Assembly (NCBI GenBank): GCA_016777225.1
Contig: JADHRW010000002.1
Location: 193,284 to 257,283, forward strand
DNA length: 64,000 bases
Direction of reading: 5' to 3'
DNA from: Candidatus Thalassarchaeum sp.
Lineage (GTDB): Archaea > Thermoplasmatota > Poseidoniia > Poseidoniales > Thalassarchaeaceae
Shown piece by piece: positions 48,697-57,098 of this stretch (positions are counted from its first letter, which is position 1; each line of letters begins with the position of its first letter). Below the pieces are notes generated by a model that made no database searches, was not told the origin of the DNA, and saw only the letters and a program-made list of their open reading frames with translations. Both the position numbers and the translations under genes were made by a program.

Positions 48697-49695
48697 ATGG
48701 CAACTGCCTTCGCACCCGGAAAGTGTATCTTATTTGGAGAACATGCAGTAGTCTATGGACATCCCGCGGTTGCAGTAGCAATTGATGCTGGAGTAGAAGT
48801 GAAATTAGAGACCTCAGACAAATGGGAAATCAAGAATGATCATTATAGCAATAATTTTGAAGAATTTCAAGCATCAAAGAACCCTCATATTCAGCATATA
48901 ATTAGAAATGTTTTTGATTATAATGGTCTCCCACTGAAGATAAAAATAAAATCGAATTTATTCTCTTCCGCAGGACTCGGATCTAGTGCTGCACTATCGA
49001 ATGCAATGGGTGCGGCACTTCACCAATTGATCAATCCTGAGGATGAGATTAATCAGATAAAATTAGCTAAAATTGGTCATTCTGCAGAAGCTAGTGCGCA
49101 AGAAGGAAGGGCGAGTCCAACTGATTCAGCAACTAGTTCATTAGGAGGTTGTATTGTAGTTTCAGGTGAAAAAGATGAACACTTAAATCATGTCTTTGAT
49201 ACTAGTTTAACAACCCCTGAGGGAAATAGAGAATGGTCAATACATAGTGTAGAACTTCATAAAAACATCAAAGATTCATGGTTAGTTTTAGGATTTACAG
49301 GGCGTGCTGCTCCTACGGGAGATATGGTATCTGGGGTTGCAGAAAGACTGAAACAAAAACCTGAACTTTATGCTGAGATGCAGGCAATTGAAAATATTAC
49401 TAAAGCGGGCTTAACCGCATTAGAGTTAGGAAATTTAGAGGCGGTTGGAATTGCAATGAATAGTTGCCATGAAAAATTGAAAATTCTCGGAGTAAGTAGC
49501 GATTCACTAGACAACATGGTTTTAGCAACTAGACATCATTCATTCGGTTCTAAATTAACGGGAGCAGGAGGGGGCGGATGTATGGTGGCATTGACAAATG
49601 ATCCACAGCGAGTAGCCCAAGAAATTGAACTATGTGGCGGGCAACCTTTAATCTCGAAATTTGGCTCTAAAGGGGCTCATATAAAGAAAGAATAA
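48697..49695 (+). CDS. mvk: mevalonate kinase
   Basis: The N-terminal APGKCILFGEHAVVYG is present, along with the GHMP motif GLGSSAALS and the C-terminal KLTGAGGGGCM. Confidence 0.9.
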   Translation: MATAFAPGKCILFGEHAVVYGHPAVAVAIDAGVEVKLETSDKWEIKNDHYSNNFEEFQASKNPHIQHIIRNVFDYNGLPLKIKIKSNLFSSAGLGSSAALSNAMGAALHQLINPEDEINQIKLAKIGHSAEASAQEGRASPTDSATSSLGGCIVVSGEKDEHLNHVFDTSLTTPEGNREWSIHSVELHKNIKDSWLVLGFTGRAAPTGDMVSGVAERLKQKPELYAEMQAIENITKAGLTALELGNLEAVGIAMNSCHEKLKILGVSSDSLDNMVLATRHHSFGSKLTGAGGGGCMVALTNDPQRVAQEIELCGGQPLISKFGSKGAHIKKE

Positions 49696-49747
49696 TCAAA
49701 TTTACCAGTAAAAAACAAATAATTCTTGGATTTCATGACAACTATTC

Positions 49748-49754
49748 TTTATAA
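49748..49754 (+). promoter_or_regulatory. candidate TATA box TTTATAA for tbp (leaderless transcript)
   Basis: It is centred 26 nt upstream of the ATG at 49777, which yields a canonical-length TBP N-terminus (MLSDEERLTVVNVVAS). It lies inside the longer TTG-initiated ORF of the track. Confidence 0.45.
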
Positions 49755-49776
49755 GGGGAATATAAGTGGGAGCGAT

Positions 49777-50493
49777 ATGCTTAGTGACGAAGAACGCCTA
49801 ACTGTAGTGAATGTAGTTGCATCAACCCGAGTTGCGGAAGAACTAGATCTTCCGGATATCGCAATTCAATTGAATTGTGAGTATGAACCTGAACAGTTCC
49901 CAGGGGTTGTTTATCGAGTCGTTGATCCAAAACTTGCAATCCTAATGTTCCGTTCTGGAAGAGCTGTTTGTACTGGTGGTAAGAATGAGCAAAATATCCA
50001 TACTGGTATTGAGAGAATGACTGCTGATTTACAAAATGCTGGAATTGACACATGGGACTTAAAAGATGTAGAGATTGAAGTTCAAAATATGGTTGCAACA
50101 TACTCTTTGTTCTATCCAGAAGACTATAATGGTACAGCGAGAATGGATGATAATAATACACGTGTGATTGATTTAGATGGAGGAGCCATTAGAGCTGCAA
50201 CAGATGAAGAAGTTGAAGCAAATGATGAAAGAATTCGTGGAATTAGACAAGGAGAACCTTTAGCTGCACTTCCTCGAAAATTGAATCTAAATAATTTGAC
50301 ATTTCACTTACCTTTCGACAAGGTTGAATATGAACCAGAGCAATTCCCAGGACTTATCTACAGATTAGATTATCCAAAAGTTGTATGCCTAATTTTCGGT
50401 AGCGGAAAAATGGTTATTACTGGTGCAAGGCACAAGGATGAAATTCTTGAAGCAGTCCAGTTCATTCAAGATGAGTTAGCAGATTTACTCTGA
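49777..50493 (+). CDS. tbp: TATA-box binding protein with an insertion of about 55 aa in the second repeat
   Basis: There are two TBP repeats. Repeat 1 reads VVNVVAS...EYEPEQFPGVVYR...FRSGRAVCTG. Repeat 2 reads VQNMVAT...EYEPEQFPGLIYRL...FGSGKMVITGA. The ORF track starts at TTG 49726. Confidence 0.9.
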   Translation: MLSDEERLTVVNVVASTRVAEELDLPDIAIQLNCEYEPEQFPGVVYRVVDPKLAILMFRSGRAVCTGGKNEQNIHTGIERMTADLQNAGIDTWDLKDVEIEVQNMVATYSLFYPEDYNGTARMDDNNTRVIDLDGGAIRAATDEEVEANDERIRGIRQGEPLAALPRKLNLNNLTFHLPFDKVEYEPEQFPGLIYRLDYPKVVCLIFGSGKMVITGARHKDEILEAVQFIQDELADLL

Positions 50494-50545
50494 AATATTA
50501 CTTGAGATTTGTCAATCGAGAGATTGATGTGTGAGTAACCATGCG

Positions 50546-50562
50546 AGAGCGCTATGCGCTCT
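50546..50562 (+). promoter_or_regulatory. GC-rich hairpin AGAGCGC-TAT-GCGCTCT enclosing the start codon of the giant surface protein gene
   Basis: It is a perfect 7-bp inverted repeat, and the ATG at 50554-50556 spans the loop and the first stem base. An overlapping 7-codon uORF (ATG 50541 to TAG 50562-50564) is present. Confidence 0.35.
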
Positions 50563-53500
50563 AGAACTGAGACAGTTTATTTCCTGACTTTTTTGTTATT
50601 AATTTCAACATTTGCAGGAGTATATGCTCCTGAAAAACAGTTAGAAGAACTTGAAGAAAATAAAATACGTGTAGAATCAATATCTAGAAGTTCGAACTTG
50701 ATTGATATACCATCATGGAAGGTAAATGACAGATGGAACTATAATGGATACTTGGACATGGTAGATTTAATTGTAGATTCAGGAGTTAATACTGATTTAC
50801 AGACATTAACTGGAACTTTAGAAAGTACAGTTACAGATATATATCAAACTATTGTTGATAATAAATCAACTTTAGTCTATAAGGTAGAATCAGACGGTTC
50901 TTATGAAGCAAATAGTATCAATCTTGATGGTCAACCGGGAGATTTAGAAGCCAATTTGAATACAGTATCGATTATCCGTGTATCAGATCATGCAACTGTA
51001 TCTCAAGAAGCGACTATTGATATTAATTTTTGTAGAGATTTCCTGTGGTTCTGTATTGATGTTTCAGTAGGTACACTCGAGGTAGATCAATCTTATTCAC
51101 CGCCACTAGAGGGATATGATTTCCCACTATCTGTTGGTGAATCATGGTATCAAAATTATACTGCAACAACTACCTATGATGGTCAAAGTGATTATGTAGA
51201 TATACCCGAAAATTCTGTATCACAGAGAAGTGCGAATTATGAAGTCGTTAGTCAAGGTTTTTCAGGTGTCAATTACGGTGGTTGTAGTACTTCATACAAT
51301 ATTTCTAGCTCAAATGCAGATGGTGATGATACTGGTTACAAATGGTTTTGTCCAGCAATCAGAGGAGATGTGAAAATGGAAACAATCGAAAGTTTAGGGT
51401 TCACAGCTGTTCATTCACTATCATCATATCAAGCAACAAGTAGACAAAAAATAATTAATGTTGATGTTGAATTTCCATTATCTCCAATTAATATGGATAT
51501 TTCTGCATGGATAAATGTAACCAATAATAATGGTAATGCTGTAGGAAATCAAGCAATGGAATTTAGATATGAAATAGGTGGAGACATACAAAACGTAACT
51601 ACTGCAGCGAATGGTACTGCACATGTGATTTTTAATTCTGAAGATTTAGCAGATGACTCATACTCAATTAATGATCTGGGTAGCCATGGAGTATTGGCAT
51701 GGACTAGTGGAGAATCTACTAAAGTCATAGGAATTAGTACAATAACAATAGATCCTGATGTATACGAGATTGACTTGTATGTAAATGAGGATGGAGTATC
51801 AGTAGAGAGAACCAGAGAGAATTCAACTATCACATTAGATGAGAATATTGGATTTACAGGAATTAGAGGAGATACGTTAACTTTTAGCATTCCAGTGATA
51901 AATAGAGGGTTGAGAGTTTCTCCGGCATCTGTTTTACAAATAACAGGACCTGATGGCACAGTTACAGATGCAAATATACCAGCATTATCTAGCCTAGAAG
52001 AAGCAAGAGTCGAGGTTTCATGGGAAGTCCCCGCAAATCAACCATTTGGAAGTGTTGCTATGTCATTTGAGATTAACATTGATGATGGAGATATAGCAAA
52101 TAATGAAGGTGAATTCAGTCTCTTTATTGGAGCAAAACCCATTGCATTATTGACAATTGTAGAAGAATCATTAACTTTAGATCAGGTTACTTTCAACGGA
52201 CTCAATTCTTATGACCCTGATGGAGGTGTTTTACAATGTGTATTTTCATTAGAGAGCCTAACGGGAGAGATTGTAACATCTCAAGAAGATGATTGTATAT
52301 TCGAATATATATGGAATGATGATGGAGTTTTTACTGTAAACTTAGTAATTACAGATGAAGAAAGTGACTTCCATTCAGTAAGTAGTGACATTATAATAAT
52401 CAACAGAGCACCTGAAATTACTCTATCGGCAGATTCAGAAACAAGTCCTGTTCTATCTCCTATAACATTTGAGATTACTGATCGTACCGATTTAGATACG
52501 CTAAATCCAGAAGCCCCTGTAGATATTTCTTGGAAAGCACCATGTGAACAAGGAACTCTAGGCATAAAATGTACTCTGATACCAAATGAAGAAGGACCTT
52601 ACACAGTAGAGGTAGATGCTATGGATGATGACGGAGCAGTAATAACTGAATCTCATACAATAGAGGTAACTAATATCGCTCCTTATAATCCTGAATGGGA
52701 AGTTATATTCGATGGAAACAGAATGGTTCCAAACTCTTTTGGACTTTATACAGTGAATGAGGGCGACCAACTTACAATCAGAGGATGGGCAGAAGATTCT
52801 GATAATGACATGTCAACATTACTGCATGTATGGGTTCCAGATGCAGAAGATGAACCAGATATTAAAAATCAACAACAAGGACTCGTGAGTTCGATGGAAC
52901 ATATCTATAATATTCAGGGACAACATATTGCTACATTCCAAGTATTTGACGATAATGATGAAAGTACTGATTTAATGACAGTCCCTTTCAAAGTAAATAA
53001 TATTCCACCAACTATTCGACCGTTTTCTCAACCCCTACCAGTTGCAGAAGATCAGACAATTGAAATATCAATCATAGTTGATGATACAATGTTTGACATT
53101 GAGAGCCTAGTACCTTGCTATGATTTGGACCCAAGCTCTAATTCAGATAGTATAGGTAACGCAAGTGACGATTGTGATTTAGAATCTTATTACCTAGAAC
53201 ATTCATGGCCTAATTCTGAGACCGCCCCAGACCATATTGTATTCCATGTAACTGATAATGATGGTGCAATGGCTTATTCCAATATACCCATAGATGTTAG
53301 AAATATGAAGCCTAATGTCGGTATGACTACTAGCCAATACCAACCAATAGAAGGAGAATTAGTCATATTATCTGGAAATGGGACTACTGATTCAGTTTTT
53401 GATATGGAAAATATGCAATATTGGTGGGATATGGATATATCAAAAGATAGCGATAATGATGGAGATAAAAGTAATGACAAAGATCTCACTGGAAAAATTG

Positions 53501-54033
53501 TAGAATGGTCATTCTCTAGCGCTAAGAATACAGTAATTCAACTAACTGTTCATGATGGAGATTCATCTGATTCAATGAGAATAACAATACAAGTTCAAGA
53601 AAAACCATTTGCACTAACAGATGTCTTGTTAAATCCGATGTTTATTGGTCTCATCTTAATATCAATTCTTGGAATTATAGGTGGTGTATTAATGCGTAAG
53701 AAAAATACACCTTTGGTAGTTTCTTCAATTACTGAAAGTAGACATAGTATGGATGATGCCTTTGATGATCCAGATTATGACCCATTTAGTAATGAAAAGG
53801 GTAAACAAAAAATCAGTAAAAAAAGAATTAAACAAGATAAAGAAAATCCATCCAATAATGATACAAAAGATATTGATGAGGATTTAAAAATCAATCCTAC
53901 CGAGGATACCAAAATATTAGAAGAAATGGAAGAATTAAGAGCAAAACTAAAGCAATTGGAAGATAAAAATCTATCAGTAAATGAAGTAATGAGTACATCG
54001 GAGATAGAAGAACTAATTGGGGAAGAGGAATAG
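50554..54033 (+). CDS. giant cell-surface protein with multiple PKD-like Ig domains, a C-terminal TM anchor and a charged coiled-coil tail
   Basis: A signal peptide is present (MRSRTETVYFLTFLLLISTFAGVYA). PKD-type segments include VTFNGLNSYDPDGG...YIWNDDGVFTVNLVITDEE and YTVEVDAMDDDG. The TM helix FIGLILISILGIIGGVL is followed by a K/E-rich tail. Confidence 0.8.
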   Translation: MRSRTETVYFLTFLLLISTFAGVYAPEKQLEELEENKIRVESISRSSNLIDIPSWKVNDRWNYNGYLDMVDLIVDSGVNTDLQTLTGTLESTVTDIYQTIVDNKSTLVYKVESDGSYEANSINLDGQPGDLEANLNTVSIIRVSDHATVSQEATIDINFCRDFLWFCIDVSVGTLEVDQSYSPPLEGYDFPLSVGESWYQNYTATTTYDGQSDYVDIPENSVSQRSANYEVVSQGFSGVNYGGCSTSYNISSSNADGDDTGYKWFCPAIRGDVKMETIESLGFTAVHSLSSYQATSRQKIINVDVEFPLSPINMDISAWINVTNNNGNAVGNQAMEFRYEIGGDIQNVTTAANGTAHVIFNSEDLADDSYSINDLGSHGVLAWTSGESTKVIGISTITIDPDVYEIDLYVNEDGVSVERTRENSTITLDENIGFTGIRGDTLTFSIPVINRGLRVSPASVLQITGPDGTVTDANIPALSSLEEARVEVSWEVPANQPFGSVAMSFEINIDDGDIANNEGEFSLFIGAKPIALLTIVEESLTLDQVTFNGLNSYDPDGGVLQCVFSLESLTGEIVTSQEDDCIFEYIWNDDGVFTVNLVITDEESDFHSVSSDIIIINRAPEITLSADSETSPVLSPITFEITDRTDLDTLNPEAPVDISWKAPCEQGTLGIKCTLIPNEEGPYTVEVDAMDDDGAVITESHTIEVTNIAPYNPEWEVIFDGNRMVPNSFGLYTVNEGDQLTIRGWAEDSDNDMSTLLHVWVPDAEDEPDIKNQQQGLVSSMEHIYNIQGQHIATFQVFDDNDESTDLMTVPFKVNNIPPTIRPFSQPLPVAEDQTIEISIIVDDTMFDIESLVPCYDLDPSSNSDSIGNASDDCDLESYYLEHSWPNSETAPDHIVFHVTDNDGAMAYSNIPIDVRNMKPNVGMTTSQYQPIEGELVILSGNGTTDSVFDMENMQYWWDMDISKDSDNDGDKSNDKDLTGKIVEWSFSSAKNTVIQLTVHDGDSSDSMRITIQVQEKPFALTDVLLNPMFIGLILISILGIIGGVLMRKKNTPLVVSSITESRHSMDDAFDDPDYDPFSNEKGKQKISKKRIKQDKENPSNNDTKDIDEDLKINPTEDTKILEEMEELRAKLKQLEDKNLSVNEVMSTSEIEELIGEEE

Positions 54034-54041
54034 GGCAACTT

Positions 54042-54518
54042 ATGGTTAACCTATTCAAACTTCTAGGTTTACCAGATCCTAACAAAACAATATCAAGAAC
54101 TGTAAAGAAGAATCTTGGTTCTGCTAATCCGGGTCCAACTACGAAATCAAGAGCAATTTTCCATGATTTAGGTGATGTTTTATGGTCAGAAAGAACTGAA
54201 AGATTAACACCTTTACCAAATAGAAATGTGATTTATTTGAAGCCAGATGACTATCAAAGAATACAATTAGATGGAATAGAAAATGAATTAGCGAGAGGAA
54301 ATATGCTTCTTGTAGATATTAGTTCACTATCACATATGCCTGCTCAAAGAGATATTTGTAGAAGAAAAGTTGAAAATTTAGGAGAAAGAATGGATATACC
54401 AGTATTTTCACTAAATGAAAATGATTCATTGTTGATGGTACCTGGATTAGGAATGAGAGTCGATAAACAAAAGCATAGATTAGGAATGAAAGATTTAGAA
54501 GATTACCTATTAGAATAG
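54042..54518 (+). CDS. sepF: SepF-like cell division protein
   Basis: A short N-terminal amphipathic segment (MVNLFKLLGL) and a linker are followed by a core matching the SepF/DUF552 pattern (VIYLKPDDY...ARGNMLLVDISSL...NDSLLMVPGLG). Confidence 0.5.
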   Translation: MVNLFKLLGLPDPNKTISRTVKKNLGSANPGPTTKSRAIFHDLGDVLWSERTERLTPLPNRNVIYLKPDDYQRIQLDGIENELARGNMLLVDISSLSHMPAQRDICRRKVENLGERMDIPVFSLNENDSLLMVPGLGMRVDKQKHRLGMKDLEDYLLE

Positions 54519-54522
54519 ATTC

Positions 54523-55374
54523 CTAGTAATAAACTTCAAATTTCCAATCATTTGTACTAGAGCTTGGACCTAATTTATTATAGTCAATTTGCATCAATTT
54601 TTGAGGCATATTTGAAGGATTTATTTCGGTAGATGTGACCACACTATCAACACGAAGAATTACTAAAGAGGCGGAAGAATTCTCTGGCAAAGGATGTATT
54701 TCTACTAGAGTACATTTCATTGCTGCCAAAGCTGAAGAAAGAAGAGGTAAATCATCACCTGAAACCATATTTCCATTAATTATTTCCCATTCAGATTCAT
54801 CAATTGGTAATTTAGCTGAAGACGACTGTATATCTTTTGCAGAATCGAGATCTGCAGGAAGTATGAACACCATACATGATGATCCGATTCCCGAATTACG
54901 AAGATTGACTAAAGTATCTCTCTCTTTACCTACTCTACTCTTGGAAAGACTGACAGTAATCAATGGGGGTGTATTAGATACCACGCCTATTGATGACATG
55001 GGAGCTAAGTTTTGTATTCCATCTGAACTGACTGTCCCAATCAATGATACTGGACGCGGCATCATTAGAGATGCTAGCCAGTCTCTTCTTTCATCATGAG
55101 ATAATTCAGAGAATTTAGATTTTATATGTTCACCATCTAATGTGTAATAATTATCAGGTTCAGACTCATAATCTCCATCTTCTAACCAAGTATCTAGTTC
55201 ACCAGATTCTACTTCAGACGCAGACAAAGAAGTAAATTGGCGATAAATTTCCCAATTAGAGATATCTTTCTCATCGTCACCTCTTGATTTTTTCCTCTCA
55301 ATAGATGCATCGGCATATGTTACACACCTACGAAGAAATCTAGAAACTATTTCTCTTCTTTCTGATGGGTCCAT
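54523..55374 (-). CDS. flavin reductase-like (FMN-binding split-barrel) domain protein with a roughly 100-aa acidic N-terminal extension
   Basis: RPVSLIGTVSSDGIQNLAPMSS...PPLITVSL is the Flavin_Reduct pattern. Confidence 0.6.
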   Translation of the reverse strand: MDPSERREIVSRFLRRCVTYADASIERKKSRGDDEKDISNWEIYRQFTSLSASEVESGELDTWLEDGDYESEPDNYYTLDGEHIKSKFSELSHDERRDWLASLMMPRPVSLIGTVSSDGIQNLAPMSSIGVVSNTPPLITVSLSKSRVGKERDTLVNLRNSGIGSSCMVFILPADLDSAKDIQSSSAKLPIDESEWEIINGNMVSGDDLPLLSSALAAMKCTLVEIHPLPENSSASLVILRVDSVVTSTEINPSNMPQKLMQIDYNKLGPSSSTNDWKFEVYY

Positions 55375-55379
55375 TTAAA

Positions 55380-55865
55380 TCACTCTATGCCTAATTCTTT
55401 GACTAATCTATCAACATGTCCACTTGCTCTGACATTATATCCTACAGAAATTAGTTTACTATCAATATCAATGACAAATGTAGATCGAGAAACACCCATG
55501 TAAGTCTTACCATAGTTCATTTTTTCACGCCAGACACCGTATAATTGATGTAATTCAGTATCGGAATCGACTATTAACTCGAAAGGTAATTCATGCGTAT
55601 CTATGAATTTTTGGTGAGATTTAGAGGAATCTTTAGAGACACCTAGTACCCTAAAACCTGCAGACTGTAGTTTGGAAAAATTATCTCTAAAGTCGCAAGC
55701 CTGAACGGTACAACCAGGAGTACTATCTTTAGGATAAAAATACAAAATAACCTTTTCTCCTGAAGATAAAATATTTGAAAGAATAACCTTGTCCCCATTT
55801 GTTAATTCAGCTTCAAAATCAGGTGCCATTTCTCCAACTTCTAATGAGATGGGTTCAGAGTTCAT
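55380..55865 (-). CDS. bcp: peroxiredoxin, Bcp type
   Basis: The motif YFYPKDSTPGCTVQAC is present. The likely start is MNSEPISLEVGEMAPDF; the longest ORF reaches 55916. Confidence 0.85.
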   Translation of the reverse strand: MNSEPISLEVGEMAPDFEAELTNGDKVILSNILSSGEKVILYFYPKDSTPGCTVQACDFRDNFSKLQSAGFRVLGVSKDSSKSHQKFIDTHELPFELIVDSDTELHQLYGVWREKMNYGKTYMGVSRSTFVIDIDSKLISVGYNVRASGHVDRLVKELGIE

Positions 55866-55940
55866 GTTAATCGCAAGAGTAATCAGGTGATGAATGCTCG
55901 TACTAAGAGCATTCAAGAGTGAAGTTGCTTTGCTATAGAT

Positions 55941-56213
55941 ATGAGTAAAGCGGGAATCATTTGTTTTGTATTGGGTATTATAGGTTTCATTTCGTTCTTA
56001 ATTTCAATCTCAATAGTTGGCTATATCGATGATAGAATAAATGAAGAATGCGATACAGAAGTCGGTACAATTGGTCAAATCATTGGCGCAGACGAGGGAA
56101 AGTGCCAAGATGCTAGAGATTGGAAGAGCCTAATAACGAGCCTACAGATACCTATCCTTAGTATTGGAGCACTTCTTGGTCTTACTGGTGGAATGATGAT
56201 TTTTAGAGACTAA
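55941..56213 (+). CDS. small membrane protein (2 TM, 90 aa)
   Basis: Two hydrophobic helices flank a Cys-containing loop. No homology was recognised. Confidence 0.4.
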   Translation: MSKAGIICFVLGIIGFISFLISISIVGYIDDRINEECDTEVGTIGQIIGADEGKCQDARDWKSLITSLQIPILSIGALLGLTGGMMIFRD

Positions 56214-56860
56214 TTACTACTTTCTTCTCTAATTCTTTTCTTTGTAGACGCCCAACCACAAATTAAGCATTCACTTAAGTTATGATTTCTTGCAGGACAA
56301 TGCTCTCTACCAAAGAAAATGATTTGTAAATGCCTTCGAATCCAAGTATCTTTAGGAAAAACTTTCTTTAAATCTTTTTCAGTAGTTTCTACATTTTTTC
56401 CAGCCGATAAACCCCAACGTGATGCCAAACGATGTATGTGAGTATCAACTGCAAACGCTGGAATTCCAAAGGATTGAGACATTACAACACTTGCAGTTTT
56501 ATGGCCTACGCCTGCTAAAGATTCTAAAAACTCCCAATCAGGGATTACTTCTCCACCACCTTGTAATATTTGTAAAGCCATTTTTTGAAGATTTTTTGCT
56601 TTGGTAGGAGCCAAACCTATTTCTCTTATTATTTGATGAATTTCACTGATTTCTAACTCTGACATTTTTTGAGGATTATCTGCTCTAGAAAATAATCTAG
56701 GCGTTACTTCATTGACCTTTTTATCGGTAGTTTGAGCGGATAACATTACAGCCACTAATAGAGTATAAGGGTCTTTATGGTCAAGAGGTATTGGTTGAGT
56801 TGGATATAAATCATCTAATATTTTACCTATACGATCTGCCTTAGCAGCTCTATTCATCAT
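56210..56860 (-). CDS. nth: endonuclease III (HhH-GPD DNA glycosylase/AP lyase)
   Basis: LVAVMLSAQTTD, an HhH motif with LAGVGHKTA, and a C-terminal Cys cluster (CPARNHNLSECLIC) are present. Confidence 0.88.
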   Translation of the reverse strand: MMNRAAKADRIGKILDDLYPTQPIPLDHKDPYTLLVAVMLSAQTTDKKVNEVTPRLFSRADNPQKMSELEISEIHQIIREIGLAPTKAKNLQKMALQILQGGGEVIPDWEFLESLAGVGHKTASVVMSQSFGIPAFAVDTHIHRLASRWGLSAGKNVETTEKDLKKVFPKDTWIRRHLQIIFFGREHCPARNHNLSECLICGWASTKKRIREESSN

Positions 56861-57063
56861 TCCATCTCCACTTCAACTCTGATACCGTAAACAAATGCGA
56901 TGAAAATTAAAGAAAAAGGGACACCATAGCATGGACCATACATGAAATCTTCACTAGATGGAGAACTTGTGACCCCCCCAAAAATAATGTAAGCAATCAG
57001 TCCAAGAATCATAGCAGGAATTATAGAAACTAAAGCGAATACCAATCCTCGAGTTATACTCAT
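56857..57063 (-). CDS. small membrane protein (2 TM, 68 aa)
   Basis: It is hydrophobic, and a 4-nt overlap couples it to the nth start. Confidence 0.4.
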   Translation of the reverse strand: MSITRGLVFALVSIIPAMILGLIAYIIFGGVTSSPSSEDFMYGPCYGVPFSLIFIAFVYGIRVEVEME

Positions 57064-57098
57064 GTGTCATTGGAAGAGAGTCCCTATGATGAATATTA

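Noticed and set aside
49781-50161. A 126-aa antisense ORF inside tbp, and the TTG-extended tbp N-terminus (49726-49776)
   Set aside because: The antisense ORF is a shadow of a highly conserved gene. The extension would place a TATA-like box inside the CDS and add an atypical 17-aa N-terminus.
51549-53489. Several antisense ORFs (136, 94, 70 and 71 aa) within the giant surface-protein gene
   Set aside because: The plus-strand frame is continuous for 1159 codons with a signal peptide, PKD motifs and a TM anchor. The minus-strand ORFs are short and motif-free.
54635-55099. A 154-aa plus-strand ORF opposite the flavin-reductase-like gene
   Set aside because: The minus-strand frame carries the Flavin_Reduct motif, and the plus-strand product has no motif.
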